64,000 bases of DNA. Origin: Gammaproteobacteria bacterium (GTDB lineage: Bacteria > Pseudomonadota > Gammaproteobacteria > Eutrophobiales > Eutrophobiaceae). A program made the position numbers and the translations under genes. Within the stretch, counting starts at the first letter, position 1, and the number at the start of each line of letters is the position of its first letter. Below the pieces are notes generated by a model. The model was not told where the DNA came from. It worked only from the letters and a program-made list of their open reading frames with translations, and ran no database searches. This document shows positions 41,398-51,308 of the stretch, in pieces. The stretch covers positions 1,632,001 through 1,696,000 of the forward strand of contig CBDEUK010000002.1 in NCBI GenBank assembly GCA_965243205.1, in the 5' to 3' direction.

Positions 41398-41469
41398 ATA
41401 CCAATGAAGTTCAATATAACGAGTATTTGGTTACGATTGAAAACGCCCATCGGCTATATCTGGAATATG

Positions 41470-41486
41470 AGCAGTATGCGTGCCAA
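41470..41486 (-). promoter_or_regulatory. Sigma54 (-24/-12) promoter
   Basis: Minus strand TTGGCACGCATACTGCT matches TGGCAC-N5-(T/C)TGC. Confidence 0.82.
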
Positions 41487-41500
41487 CCAAAAAATATTTA

Positions 41501-41513
41501 TAAATAACTGATA
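41501..41513 (-). promoter_or_regulatory. IHF binding site
   Basis: Minus strand TATCAGTTATTTA matches WATCAR-N4-TTR, located between enhancer-like sites and the sigma54 promoter. Confidence 0.6.
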
Positions 41514-41558
41514 TTTAAGCTAATTTTTTATTATCAAAAATGGCTTTTCATGTTGCGC

Positions 41559-41608
41559 TGCACATATAGAGAGCGCTAGCACCAATATAAAGCGATTAGA
41601 TTGGTGCA
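41559..41608. promoter_or_regulatory. NtrC-like enhancer sites
   Basis: TGCACATATAGAGAGCG, AGCACCAATATAAAGCG and half-site TTGGTGCA resemble TGCACCA-N3-TGGTGCA, ~75-120 bp upstream of the -24 box. Confidence 0.55.
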
Positions 41609-41741
41609 AAAATTTATATGTAACTCCTTCATTTAGGGGATATGGAAAACCAATAATTTTTTCTAGGATATAAAGGCTATCGTTCTGAAGGAATCGATAA
41701 CAGAAACTAAAATCAAATTTTAAAAATCAAGGAGAAAGGAA

Positions 41742-42011
41742 ATGAAGATGATCCGAAACCTACTAATGCTTTTTTGCTTAATCTTTACTCAAGGTATTTT
41801 TGCGGAAGCAATTATCGACATCAATACAGCTGATAAAACCACATTAACTACTATGTTAAATGGTATCGGCGAGAAAAAAGCCGAAGCAATCATTGCTTAT
41901 CGAGAAGAAAATGGTCCTTTTAAATCAATTGAAGAATTAGCAAATGTAAAAGGCATTGGCGAAGCAACCGTTGAAAAAAACCAAGATATCATAACTGTCC
42001 AAAAACAATAG
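41742..42011 (+). CDS. ComEA-family helix-hairpin-helix DNA-binding protein
   Basis: Signal peptide, IDINTAD, GIGEKKAEAIIAYREENGPF, VKGIG. Confidence 0.9.
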   Translation: MKMIRNLLMLFCLIFTQGIFAEAIIDINTADKTTLTTMLNGIGEKKAEAIIAYREENGPFKSIEELANVKGIGEATVEKNQDIITVQKQ

Positions 42012-42140
42012 CCGCAAACCTTCATAAACCGGCCTTATCAAAGTAATTTAAGGCTGGTTTATAATTGAACTAACATGCTTTAGATCAATTCTTACCTAAG
42101 GTATGCTTTCGCGTTTTTACAATTGACAATCAACACGCGA

Positions 42141-44723
42141 ATGCAAGCAGAATACTCACCTCAAGATATCGAATCTCAAGTGCAATCAACTTGGGAAAAA
42201 GATAAAACGTTTAAGGCTGTAGAAAACCCTAATAAAGAAAAATTCTATTGCCTATCTATGTTTCCTTATCCTAGCGGCAAGCTGCATATGGGTCATGTAC
42301 GCAACTACACCATTGGTGATGTCATCTCCCGATATCAACACATGCAAGGTAAAAATGTACTTCAACCGATGGGTTGGGATGCTTTTGGCTTACCTGCTGA
42401 AAATGCTGCACTTAGTCGTAATGTCGCACCTGCGAAATGGACGTATGAAAACATCGATTACATGCGTTCTCAATTAAAACGATTGGGCTTTGCTTATGAT
42501 TGGGATCGTGAACTCGCAACGTGTGATCCAGATTATTATCGTTGGGAACAATGGTTTTTCACTAAGTTATATGAGAAAGGACTAGTCTATAAAAAAACCG
42601 CGCTCGTCAATTGGGATCCAGTGGATCAAACTGTATTAGCCAATGAACAAGTGATAGATGGTAAAGGTTGGCGCTCAGGAGCTCCCGTTGAACGTAAAGA
42701 GATTCCGCAATGGTTCGTAAAAATTACAGATTATGCAGAAGAGCTATTAAATGATATTGAACAACTCGAAGGTTGGCCTGATGCTGTTAAAACCATGCAA
42801 CGTAATTGGATCGGCCGTTCAGAAGGCGTTGAGTTTGAATTCGCTGTTCCTAATCACGATCCACTAAGAGTTTATACCACACGCCCTGATACTGTGATGG
42901 GTGTAACCTACTGTGCAGTTGCTGCTGAACACCCATTAACCCAATTTGCAGCTGAAAATAATCCAGATATAAAAGCGTTCATTGCAGAATGCCAACAAAC
43001 AGGTACTTCAGAAGCTGACTTAGAAACCATGGAAAAACGTGGTATGCCTTTGGGTATTGATGCAACTCATCCAATTACAGGTGAATCGGTACCCATCTAT
43101 GTCGCAAACTTTGTATTAATCAGTTATGGCACAGGTGCTGTCATGTCGGTTCCTGCACATGATCAACGTGATTACGAATTTGCAAAAAAATATGGTATCG
43201 AAATTAAAGCTGTTATATCTGAAGACGGCAAGGCAGCTCCCGATTTAACAGAATCAGCTTTTACAGAACATGGCATCAATATTAACTCAGAACAATTCGA
43301 CGACTTAGATTTTGAAAAGGCCTTTGATGCTATTGCTAAATATCTTACTGACCATGCCAATGGTGAAAGAAAGGTCAATTACCGTCTTCGAGATTGGGGG
43401 GTTTCCAGACAACGTTACTGGGGTTGTCCAATCCCTGTTATAAATCATAAAAATGGTGAAACGATTCCTGTTGAAGAAAATGATTTACCAGTTCGTTTAC
43501 CTGAAGAAGTTACCTTTGAAGGTGTTGGCTCACCGATCAAGAAAATGCCAGAGTTCTACGAAATCAAACTTCCAGATGGCGAAATTGTAGAACGTGAAAC
43601 GGATACCTTTGATACGTTTTTCGAATCCTCATGGTATTACGCTCGTTATTGTTGTTCCGATAATAATGAAGCGATGTTGGATGAGCGTGCAAAATACTGG
43701 TTGCCGGTTGATCAATACATTGGAGGTATTGAACACGCAGTTTTACATCTTTTATATGCCAGATTCTTTAATAAGTTAATGCGTGACATTGGCCTAATCG
43801 ATAACGACGAGCCATTTAGCAATTTATTAACCCAAGGCATGGTCATCGCGGAAACCTATTACCGTGAAGAAGCTAATGGTAAAAAAGTTTACTTTTCACC
43901 AACGGAAGTTGATTTAGAACTTGACGATAAAGCTCGCGTCGTAGGTGCAAATTTAAAAGCAGATGGAAAGCCTGTCATCGTCGGCAATATTGAAAAGATG
44001 TCGAAATCCAAAAACAATGGTGTAGACCCACAAACCTTAATTGAACAATACGGTGCCGACACAGTACGACTTTATACCATGTTCGCTTCACCACCTGATC
44101 AAAGTCTAGAATGGTCGGATTCAGCGGTCGAAGGTTCGTTTCGTTTTTTAAAACGCTTATGGAAATTAGCGCACAGTGAATTTGAAAAAGGCTCTGTACC
44201 TAATTTAGATATTACTAATATAACTAGCGAACAAAAGAAATTACGCTTAAAAATTCATAGCACCATTAAAAAAGCTAACGATGATATCGGTCGACGCTAT
44301 ACCTTTAATACTGCCATTGCTGCAGTGATGGAATTATTTAATGAACTCATTAAATTTAATGATGGCAGCGATAATGGTAATGCCGTACTTCGAGAAGGTT
44401 TAAACACCAGTGTCTTATTATTGTCCCCGATTGTCCCTCACATTACAGAGACAATTTGGGGCTTTTTAAATAATAATGAATCAATTTATGAAGCTAGTTG
44501 GCCTGCTGTAGATGAATCTGCATTGGTGCAAGATGAAATTCAACTTATGGTGCAAGTGAATGGAAAATTACGTTCAAAAATCAGTGTGGCAGCTGATTTG
44601 GACAAAAACAGCATAGAATCAATGGCTAAATCGGATGAAAACGTGCAAAAACATATCGAAGGCAAAACCATAAAAAAAGTTATTGTTGTACCAGAGCGTC
44701 TAGTGAACATTGTGGTGGCTTAG
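42141..44723 (+). CDS. leuS: Leucine--tRNA ligase
   Basis: [34 protein letters not shown]; ATG at 42141. Confidence 0.98.
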   Translation: MQAEYSPQDIESQVQSTWEKDKTFKAVENPNKEKFYCLSMFPYPSGKLHMGHVRNYTIGDVISRYQHMQGKNVLQPMGWDAFGLPAENAALSRNVAPAKWTYENIDYMRSQLKRLGFAYDWDRELATCDPDYYRWEQWFFTKLYEKGLVYKKTALVNWDPVDQTVLANEQVIDGKGWRSGAPVERKEIPQWFVKITDYAEELLNDIEQLEGWPDAVKTMQRNWIGRSEGVEFEFAVPNHDPLRVYTTRPDTVMGVTYCAVAAEHPLTQFAAENNPDIKAFIAECQQTGTSEADLETMEKRGMPLGIDATHPITGESVPIYVANFVLISYGTGAVMSVPAHDQRDYEFAKKYGIEIKAVISEDGKAAPDLTESAFTEHGININSEQFDDLDFEKAFDAIAKYLTDHANGERKVNYRLRDWGVSRQRYWGCPIPVINHKNGETIPVEENDLPVRLPEEVTFEGVGSPIKKMPEFYEIKLPDGEIVERETDTFDTFFESSWYYARYCCSDNNEAMLDERAKYWLPVDQYIGGIEHAVLHLLYARFFNKLMRDIGLIDNDEPFSNLLTQGMVIAETYYREEANGKKVYFSPTEVDLELDDKARVVGANLKADGKPVIVGNIEKMSKSKNNGVDPQTLIEQYGADTVRLYTMFASPPDQSLEWSDSAVEGSFRFLKRLWKLAHSEFEKGSVPNLDITNITSEQKKLRLKIHSTIKKANDDIGRRYTFNTAIAAVMELFNELIKFNDGSDNGNAVLREGLNTSVLLLSPIVPHITETIWGFLNNNESIYEASWPAVDESALVQDEIQLMVQVNGKLRSKISVAADLDKNSIESMAKSDENVQKHIEGKTIKKVIVVPERLVNIVVA

Positions 44724-44738
44724 GGTAGAATCTCTGCT

Positions 44739-45245
44739 ATGAATTCGTTACGACTTTATCAATACATCATTACCCTATGCTTGATATTCAGTTTGTCTAG
44801 CTGTGGATTTCATCTTCGTGGCAGCGGAGAAACAATTGCGATAAATGCTGATTCCGTATACATCACATCACTTGCAGCAAATGAAATTACCAACGAGATA
44901 AAAACACAACTCGAATTCCAAGGAGTAAAGACTCCAGACAGTATTGATGATGGGCGATACATACTCAATTTAAGCAATGAACTAAGAGATAAAAAAATTC
45001 TTACCGTTTCATCAGCAACAGGTAAAGTTCAAGAGTATGAACTTGTGTTTTCGGTTGTAATGTCTATCTCGGATAAAAACGGCTCAAATTTAAGCGAAGA
45101 ACAAACAATTAGCGCCAGTCGTGATTTATTTTTTGATGAAAACGCCGTACTTGCATTAAGTGATGAAGAACGTTTAATTTTTGAAGAATTACGACGTCAA
45201 GTCGCTAACTCTGTATTACGTCGATTACAAGCGGTCACCCGATAG
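44739..45245 (+). CDS. lptE: LPS assembly lipoprotein LptE
   Basis: Lipobox LSSCGFHLRG; leuS-lptE-holA order. Confidence 0.92.
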   Translation: MNSLRLYQYIITLCLIFSLSSCGFHLRGSGETIAINADSVYITSLAANEITNEIKTQLEFQGVKTPDSIDDGRYILNLSNELRDKKILTVSSATGKVQEYELVFSVVMSISDKNGSNLSEEQTISASRDLFFDENAVLALSDEERLIFEELRRQVANSVLRRLQAVTR

Positions 45246-45254
45246 GATTGATCT

Positions 45255-46298
45255 ATGCGCCTCAGGGCCGACCAAATAAGCAATCATTTAAACCAATCTG
45301 CTCTAAAACCTATCTACCTCGTTTCCGGAGATGAACCATTACAGTTATTAGAAACGGCTGATCAGATCCGCAACAAAGCGCGCGAAGAAGGTTATAGCGA
45401 ACGTGTGGTACTGGAAGTTGATAAACAGTTTAGTTGGCAACAAGTACTCGATGAATCTGCAGCACTATCTTTATTTGGCGATCAAAAAATCATTGAACTC
45501 AAATTGGGTAGTTCAAAACCTGGAAGGGATGGCGGCAAAATCTTACAAGAGTATACTGAGCTGAATCCACAAGGTATCGTATTATTAATTACTAGTGATC
45601 GTCTGGATAAATCCGCTCAATCCACTAAATGGTTTAAAGCGATTGATAATGCTGGAGCAACCATCTTAATTTGGCCTATCGAGTTTGCTCAATTACCCAA
45701 TTGGATTGCACAAAGAGTTAAAGCTCTTGGTAAAAAAATTGATAAAAATGCTGCCGAGTTAATTGCAGCAAGAGTAGAAGGAAATTTAATTGCAGCCAGC
45801 CAGGAAATTAGTAAATTAATTTTATTGATCGACTCGGATCACATTACGATTGATGATGTTTCGCAATCTGTCGTCGATAGTGCACGTTATGATGTATTCA
45901 ACTTGATCGAATCAGCCTATGATGGAAATATTGAACGCACCACAAAGATGCTTCAAGGTTTAAAATCCGAAGGTTTAGATCCAATGGCAATCTACGGTGC
46001 ATTGATGTGGGAATATCGACGATTGTGTAAAATGATATTTGAACTCGAGCAACAACAGTCCCTAGATTCATTGTTTAGTCAATATCGTATTTGGACTGAA
46101 TCACGTAAACGAGCGATTCGTTCTTTATTAAAACGACATAACCTTGAAAGTTTACAAAAATTATTATTACGCGCAATCAAACTTGATAAAACCATTAAAA
46201 GCTCTCAACGCATTAATGCTTGGAATGAATTACTCGAGTTTTTGACTTTGATAACTAAAAACTCTAAACAGATCAATACAACTGAATTTGCTTTATGA
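45255..46298 (+). CDS. holA: DNA polymerase III delta subunit
   Basis: [27 protein letters not shown]. Confidence 0.94.
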   Translation: MRLRADQISNHLNQSALKPIYLVSGDEPLQLLETADQIRNKAREEGYSERVVLEVDKQFSWQQVLDESAALSLFGDQKIIELKLGSSKPGRDGGKILQEYTELNPQGIVLLITSDRLDKSAQSTKWFKAIDNAGATILIWPIEFAQLPNWIAQRVKALGKKIDKNAAELIAARVEGNLIAASQEISKLILLIDSDHITIDDVSQSVVDSARYDVFNLIESAYDGNIERTTKMLQGLKSEGLDPMAIYGALMWEYRRLCKMIFELEQQQSLDSLFSQYRIWTESRKRAIRSLLKRHNLESLQKLLLRAIKLDKTIKSSQRINAWNELLEFLTLITKNSKQINTTEFAL

Positions 46299-47551
46299 AT
46301 ATTAAAGATTATATGCAGACATTAGGACAGCAAGCTCGTTCAGCATCAAGACTGATGGCTAAAGCTAACACGTCTGCAAAAAACCAATGTTTAGAAAACG
46401 TTGCTGATAATTTATTAGCACAAAAAAACATGTTATTAGAAGCTAATAAAAGCGACCTTGCTAATGGCAAAGAAAAACAACTCGATGCTGCATTAATGGA
46501 TCGACTTGAACTTACTAATGCACGTATCGCATCAATGATTGAAGGTTTACAACAAGTTGCGAGTTTGCCTGATCCAATTGGTGAAATTACCGATTTGAAA
46601 TATCGTCCTACTGGCATACAAGTTGGAAAAATGCGCGTACCTTTGGGTGTGGTTGGGATCATTTATGAATCGAGACCTAATGTTACTGCTGATGCTGCTG
46701 CACTATGTTTAAAGTCTGGTAACAGCGTTATCTTACGAGGTGGTTCTGAAGCGATTAACTCTAACCTAGCAATCGCTAAATGCATTGCTGATGGCTTAAA
46801 AAAGGCTGGTTTGCCTAAACACGCAGTGCAGGTCATCGAAACAACGGACAGAGACGCCGTTGGCGAACTAATTACGATGCCAGACTATGTTGATGTTATC
46901 GTACCTCGCGGTGGCAAAGGTTTAATCGAACGTATCAGCAATGATGCGCGCGTTCCTGTGATCAAACACTTAGATGGTATTTGTCATGTGTATATCGATA
47001 GCGATGCGGATATAGAAAAAGCCATAAACATTGCATATAACGCTAAAACCCAACGCTATGGTACTTGCAATACGATGGAATGTTTATTGATTCATAATGA
47101 TATTGCTGAATCCATTCTTAATAAGCTGTATCCAATGTACAAACAAGCTGGAGTTGAAATCCGCGGTTGTGAAAAATCAAAATCATTATTTGATGAAATA
47201 ACATTAGCAAGCGATGAAGATTATGCAACAGAATATCTCGCGCCAATCCTTTCGCTTAAAATTGTTAAAGATGTTGACGAAGCTATGGATCATATTGATC
47301 GGTTCAGTTCACAACATACCGAATCCATCATTACTGAAAACTTTTCAATTGCTCAACGTTTTCTACGTGAGGTTGATTCAAGTTCAGTAATGGTCAATGC
47401 ATCAACACGTTTTGCTGATGGCTTTGAATACGGTTTAGGCGCTGAGATTGGTATCAGTACTGATAAGTTTCACGCTCGAGGGCCTGTAGGTTTAAATGGC
47501 TTAACCTCACAAAAATACATTGTATTAGGCAATGGTGAGATTAGAGAATAA
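46295..47551 (+). CDS. proA: Gamma-glutamyl phosphate reductase
   Basis: [42 protein letters not shown]. Confidence 0.97.
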   Translation: MNIKDYMQTLGQQARSASRLMAKANTSAKNQCLENVADNLLAQKNMLLEANKSDLANGKEKQLDAALMDRLELTNARIASMIEGLQQVASLPDPIGEITDLKYRPTGIQVGKMRVPLGVVGIIYESRPNVTADAAALCLKSGNSVILRGGSEAINSNLAIAKCIADGLKKAGLPKHAVQVIETTDRDAVGELITMPDYVDVIVPRGGKGLIERISNDARVPVIKHLDGICHVYIDSDADIEKAINIAYNAKTQRYGTCNTMECLLIHNDIAESILNKLYPMYKQAGVEIRGCEKSKSLFDEITLASDEDYATEYLAPILSLKIVKDVDEAMDHIDRFSSQHTESIITENFSIAQRFLREVDSSSVMVNASTRFADGFEYGLGAEIGISTDKFHARGPVGLNGLTSQKYIVLGNGEIRE

Positions 47552-47553
47552 GC

Positions 47554-48210
47554 TTGTCAGATAATATTTTAAAACCCATAGGCGTTCTTGGGGGTAGTTT
47601 TGATCCAATTCATCATGGCCATCTTCGATTAGCGTTAGAAGCGTATTATCGACTTAAACTGGATCACATTCGTTTAATTCCATTAAAAATACCCGTTCAT
47701 CGTAGTTCTCCTTTTGCCGACGGCAAACATAGGTCGATCATGATCCAAAAAGCCATTGATGGTTTGGAACAAATCATACTTGATGACAGAGAATTACAAC
47801 GCGAAGATGATTCCTATACTATCGATACATTAATTTCTTTAAGAGAACAATTTCCTGATCACCCTATTTGCTTATTAATGGGAAGAGACTCGTTTTCTAC
47901 TTTAGATCGATGGAAAGACTGGCAAGAACTTTTAAACTATGCTCATATAATTGTTGCATCAAGGCATCAGATAGATAAACAGCCATTCAATATTGCAATT
48001 AATTTATTATTGAATTCTCACCAAACGTATTCAATGGATGATTTACATTCAAACACTCACGGTAAAATTTTACGCATGCAAATTCCTTTATTAGATATCA
48101 GTTCAACTGAACTACGTTCGGCAATGCAATCTAGGTCTGAAATTCGCTATTTAGTTCCAGATTCTGTCATTGAGTATATTCATGAAGAGGCACTTTATGA
48201 CACCCAATAA
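47554..48210 (+). CDS. nadD: Nicotinate-nucleotide adenylyltransferase
   Basis: GGSFDPIHHGH, SYTIDTL, ISSTELR. Confidence 0.95.
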   Translation: MSDNILKPIGVLGGSFDPIHHGHLRLALEAYYRLKLDHIRLIPLKIPVHRSSPFADGKHRSIMIQKAIDGLEQIILDDRELQREDDSYTIDTLISLREQFPDHPICLLMGRDSFSTLDRWKDWQELLNYAHIIVASRHQIDKQPFNIAINLLLNSHQTYSMDDLHSNTHGKILRMQIPLLDISSTELRSAMQSRSEIRYLVPDSVIEYIHEEALYDTQ

Positions 48211-48550
48211 TCTTCTTGACGTCATTAATAATGCAATCGAAACAATGAAAGCATTAGACGTACTTATTTTAGATGTTAAAGAACAAACCTCAATTACAGA
48301 TACCATGTTCATCTGTACAGGTACTTCTAATCGCCAAGTAAAATCGATTGCACAAAAAATTATTGAAGACGCAAAACAAAAAAACTTTGCGGTTTTAGGT
48401 GTAGAAGGTTTAGATCAGGCGCAATGGGTTTTAATTGATTTAGGTGATGCAATAGTTCATGTCATGCATCCAGATAGTCGAAACTATTATCAACTTGAGA
48501 AGTTATGGTCTGTTGAAACGCAAACTGAAGAACAGGCAAACCGTTCTTGA
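48197..48550 (+). CDS. rsfS: Ribosome silencing factor
   Basis: TGTSNRQV, WVLIDLGDAIVHVM, YYQLEKLW; ATG at 48197. Confidence 0.95.
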   Translation: MTPNNLLDVINNAIETMKALDVLILDVKEQTSITDTMFICTGTSNRQVKSIAQKIIEDAKQKNFAVLGVEGLDQAQWVLIDLGDAIVHVMHPDSRNYYQLEKLWSVETQTEEQANRS

Positions 48551-49014
48551 AAATTAATTTAATTGTTGTTAGTCATAAACAACCTCAATGGATTGAAACG
48601 GCTTATCAAGAATATGCAAAACGATTAAATCAGGAATTTACTTTACACTTAAAAGAGCTATCGCCTTATAACGCTAAGAATTCTTCGGTTGCTTATACTA
48701 AAAGCAAAGAAGCTGAAAAGATCAAAAACGCTATTCCTAAAAATAATTCTGTTATTGTATTAGATGAGAATGGCAAAACATTCACCAGTGAACAATTCGC
48801 ATCTAAAATGGAATCTTTGTTAACTGTGGGTTCAGATATCTCTATCTTAATTGGTGGTGCTCACGGACTTGATAATACATTGCTAAATGAAGCGGATGAT
48901 AGTTGGTCACTCTCAAAATTGACGCTGCCCCACGGATTGGTCAGAGTGATGATAGCTGAACAGCTTTATCGTGCTTGGAGCATCTTAAAATGCCACCCTT
49001 ATCACAAAATTTAA
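48547..49014 (+). CDS. rlmH: 23S rRNA pseudouridine-1915 methyltransferase
   Basis: IGGAHGL, SLSKLTLPHGLVRV, EQLYRA, HPYH. Confidence 0.95.
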   Translation: MKINLIVVSHKQPQWIETAYQEYAKRLNQEFTLHLKELSPYNAKNSSVAYTKSKEAEKIKNAIPKNNSVIVLDENGKTFTSEQFASKMESLLTVGSDISILIGGAHGLDNTLLNEADDSWSLSKLTLPHGLVRVMIAEQLYRAWSILKCHPYHKI

Positions 49015-49028
49015 ATATTTTTCATTTC

Positions 49029-49050
49029 AAATGTGACGCCCTCCACAACT
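49029..49050. promoter_or_regulatory. Possible CRP-type site
   Basis: AAATGTGA-CGCCCT-CCACAACT versus consensus AAATGTGA-N6-TCACATTT. Confidence 0.35.
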
Positions 49051-49191
49051 TAATTACTTGCTTCATTGACGACTATACCTAATAAGAGTGAAATAACCCT
49101 CATAATTAAAACTACATAAAACTAACATTATATAAGTTAGTGAACACGTATCGAATAATCGGGGGGCGTAGACGTATCTAAGGAGTACACT

Positions 49192-49989
49192 ATGTTACGC
49201 TCAATTACATTTGTTGCCGTTATGGCTGTGTCGGCTAATACACAGGCCTTTTCTTCGAATTTTACTTTATTTTCTGATGCTAGCATCGCTGGGACGGATG
49301 CTGGTGCTGATGGCCTTTGGGGCACTGGTGATGATGCTGCAAATGCTGCAAACCCTCTTGGCGGTGTAAGTTATGTCTATACCAGTACCAATGGTCCTTT
49401 TGGTTCGGTCACATCTTATGAAGGTTTTGGCATTGGAAATTTTATTTTAGAAACACCAGGAGTATCCTCTTCTGCTGATTACAGTGCATTAAATATTTTT
49501 GGCACTATTCCTACTCCTGCAGGCAGCATACTGCCATTTCAAGTCGGCAGTTTATTATTAGATAACTCTGTCACATCCAGTATTAATTACACTGATCCAA
49601 ACAATATGATGTTCACTGGCGATCTAACTGTTCAAACGCCAATGGGTAGTTCTTACTCATTAACTGGTGCTGGATATACGATCTATAACGCTGATGGCTT
49701 TGATGACCCTTCTATTTTTGGCAGTCTATTAGGTTCCACTAATTTTGACCAAAGCCTAGCAAATCATTTTAATTATTTAATCGGCATAGCTCCTGAAAGT
49801 TGGACCGCTATCACCGTTAACTTTTTAGATCTGGAAGATTCAGACTTATCAGTCCTTCTATCAAGTTATAGTGTGGATGAAAACTTATTACCTGCAACCA
49901 ATGAAGTGCCTCTTCCTCCTGCTGCATGGTTACTTGGTTCTGCCTTATTTGGTTTGATCTATTCTCCTCGAAAAAAGATCTCGTGCTAG
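49192..49989 (+). CDS. Secreted VPLPA/PEP-CTERM sorting-domain protein
   Basis: AAGGAG RBS, signal peptide, Ser/Thr/Gly-rich body, C-terminal VPLPPAAWLLGSALFGL + basic RKK. Confidence 0.85.
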   Translation: MLRSITFVAVMAVSANTQAFSSNFTLFSDASIAGTDAGADGLWGTGDDAANAANPLGGVSYVYTSTNGPFGSVTSYEGFGIGNFILETPGVSSSADYSALNIFGTIPTPAGSILPFQVGSLLLDNSVTSSINYTDPNNMMFTGDLTVQTPMGSSYSLTGAGYTIYNADGFDDPSIFGSLLGSTNFDQSLANHFNYLIGIAPESWTAITVNFLDLEDSDLSVLLSSYSVDENLLPATNEVPLPPAAWLLGSALFGLIYSPRKKISC

Positions 49990-50014
49990 AAGTAATTTGT
50001 TAAGCGCTTAACTC

Positions 50015-50040
50015 AGGCGTCCTATGGACGCCTTTTTTTT
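50015..50040 (+). terminator. Intrinsic terminator
   Basis: aggcgtcc-tat-ggacgcct followed by a T run. Confidence 0.88.
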
Positions 50041-50094
50041 ATCTTTTTAAATGATGCTATGATGTTAATTACTAAAATTAATTATTAACGCATC

Positions 50095-50649
50095 ATGAAT
50101 ATATTTCTTGCCTCGCGCTCAGAAAGACGCCAACAACTCTTAAAACAAATAAATATAGAGTTTGAACTCATCGATATTGAAGTTGATGAAACTTACTATT
50201 CTCCTGAGTTACCGGATAAATATGTGATAAGAATGGCTAAAGAGAAAGCCGAAGTAGGAAAAGCTCAAGTAAATAAACAAGATATTATCATTGCAGCAGA
50301 TACGTCAGTCGTTTTAGATAATAAGGTTTTAGGTAAAGCAGAAACAGAAGAACAAGCCTTAGGTATGTTAAAACAACTTTCTGGCAGAAAACATGAAGTA
50401 TTAACTGCCGTATGTATTTTCCAAAATACATTAAAAATAGCTCTTTCTCGATCTAATGTTTTATTTAGATCTTTAAACAATTTCGAAATCGAAAACTATA
50501 TTTCAAGTAAAGAACCAATAGGGAAAGCGGGAGGTTACGCTATACAAGGGTTAGCCGCAAAATTTATACATTCTATTGAAGGCAGCTATTCAGGAATCAT
50601 GGGGCTGCCTCTATATGAGACAACTGAATTATTAAATGAAATAAATTAG
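50095..50649 (+). CDS. maf: Maf-family nucleoside triphosphate pyrophosphatase
   Basis: LASRSERRQQLL, AADTSV, GKAGGYAIQG, GSYSGIMGLP. Confidence 0.92.
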   Translation: MNIFLASRSERRQQLLKQINIEFELIDIEVDETYYSPELPDKYVIRMAKEKAEVGKAQVNKQDIIIAADTSVVLDNKVLGKAETEEQALGMLKQLSGRKHEVLTAVCIFQNTLKIALSRSNVLFRSLNNFEIENYISSKEPIGKAGGYAIQGLAAKFIHSIEGSYSGIMGLPLYETTELLNEIN

Positions 50650-51206
50650 AGCGTTTTTAAACAAAAACCATAGTAGTGATCAACGATAAAAACATAGATC
50701 GATTCCCAATCAGGTTTTCCATCATCATTTGGCCACCAAAGTTTTTTATTAATCCAGTAATTATGATAATGGCCTGCGCATTCAGCCAATTTATTTTCTG
50801 GAACCAAGGATTCTAATTTACCAGCATGATGCAAACCCTGAAAATAATCTTCCATAACGATTGGATAGGCTGCTTCTAAGTTAGGCCTTTTACTGTCTAA
50901 CATAAGTTGTTTCTTTTCTAGTGCATGACTAAAGACTTTAACACGTTGATCAAGGAACGCAGCTTGTTCTTTTTCTTCTTGTAATTGCGCTAACTGCTCA
51001 CAAGCAGTTTGATTATTGTTATTGCATTTATACTGCAATAAATCTTCAAGCGTATGATGCTTTGCTTCAGACAGAACATCTAAAGACAGGAATAAAATTA
51101 GTAGTGTAAAAATCTTAGAAAGATGATTGATCATTCTAAAATTTAATAAACTTCTTATAAACATTAGAAAAATTATAACAAAACCTGACTTCGCTTTACA
51201 GCTCAC
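50646..51206 (-). CDS. Hypothetical exported protein (start uncertain)
   Basis: Open frame with signal-like hydrophobic segment and paired Cys; no recognised family. Confidence 0.55.
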   Translation of the reverse strand: MSCKAKSGFVIIFLMFIRSLLNFRMINHLSKIFTLLILFLSLDVLSEAKHHTLEDLLQYKCNNNNQTACEQLAQLQEEKEQAAFLDQRVKVFSHALEKKQLMLDSKRPNLEAAYPIVMEDYFQGLHHAGKLESLVPENKLAECAGHYHNYWINKKLWWPNDDGKPDWESIYVFIVDHYYGFCLKTL

Positions 51207-51308
51207 TCAGTAGGTTGTATAACATCTATGCTGCTGCTGATGAGAGGAGCTTTAATCTCAATTTGTATACTTCTACAGCAACGATCTGTTTTTTTATAAA
51301 TAAATCGA

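Noticed and set aside
41280-41507. 75-aa plus-strand ORF
   Set aside because: Lies antisense across the leader, terminator and sigma54 promoter; no recognisable protein features
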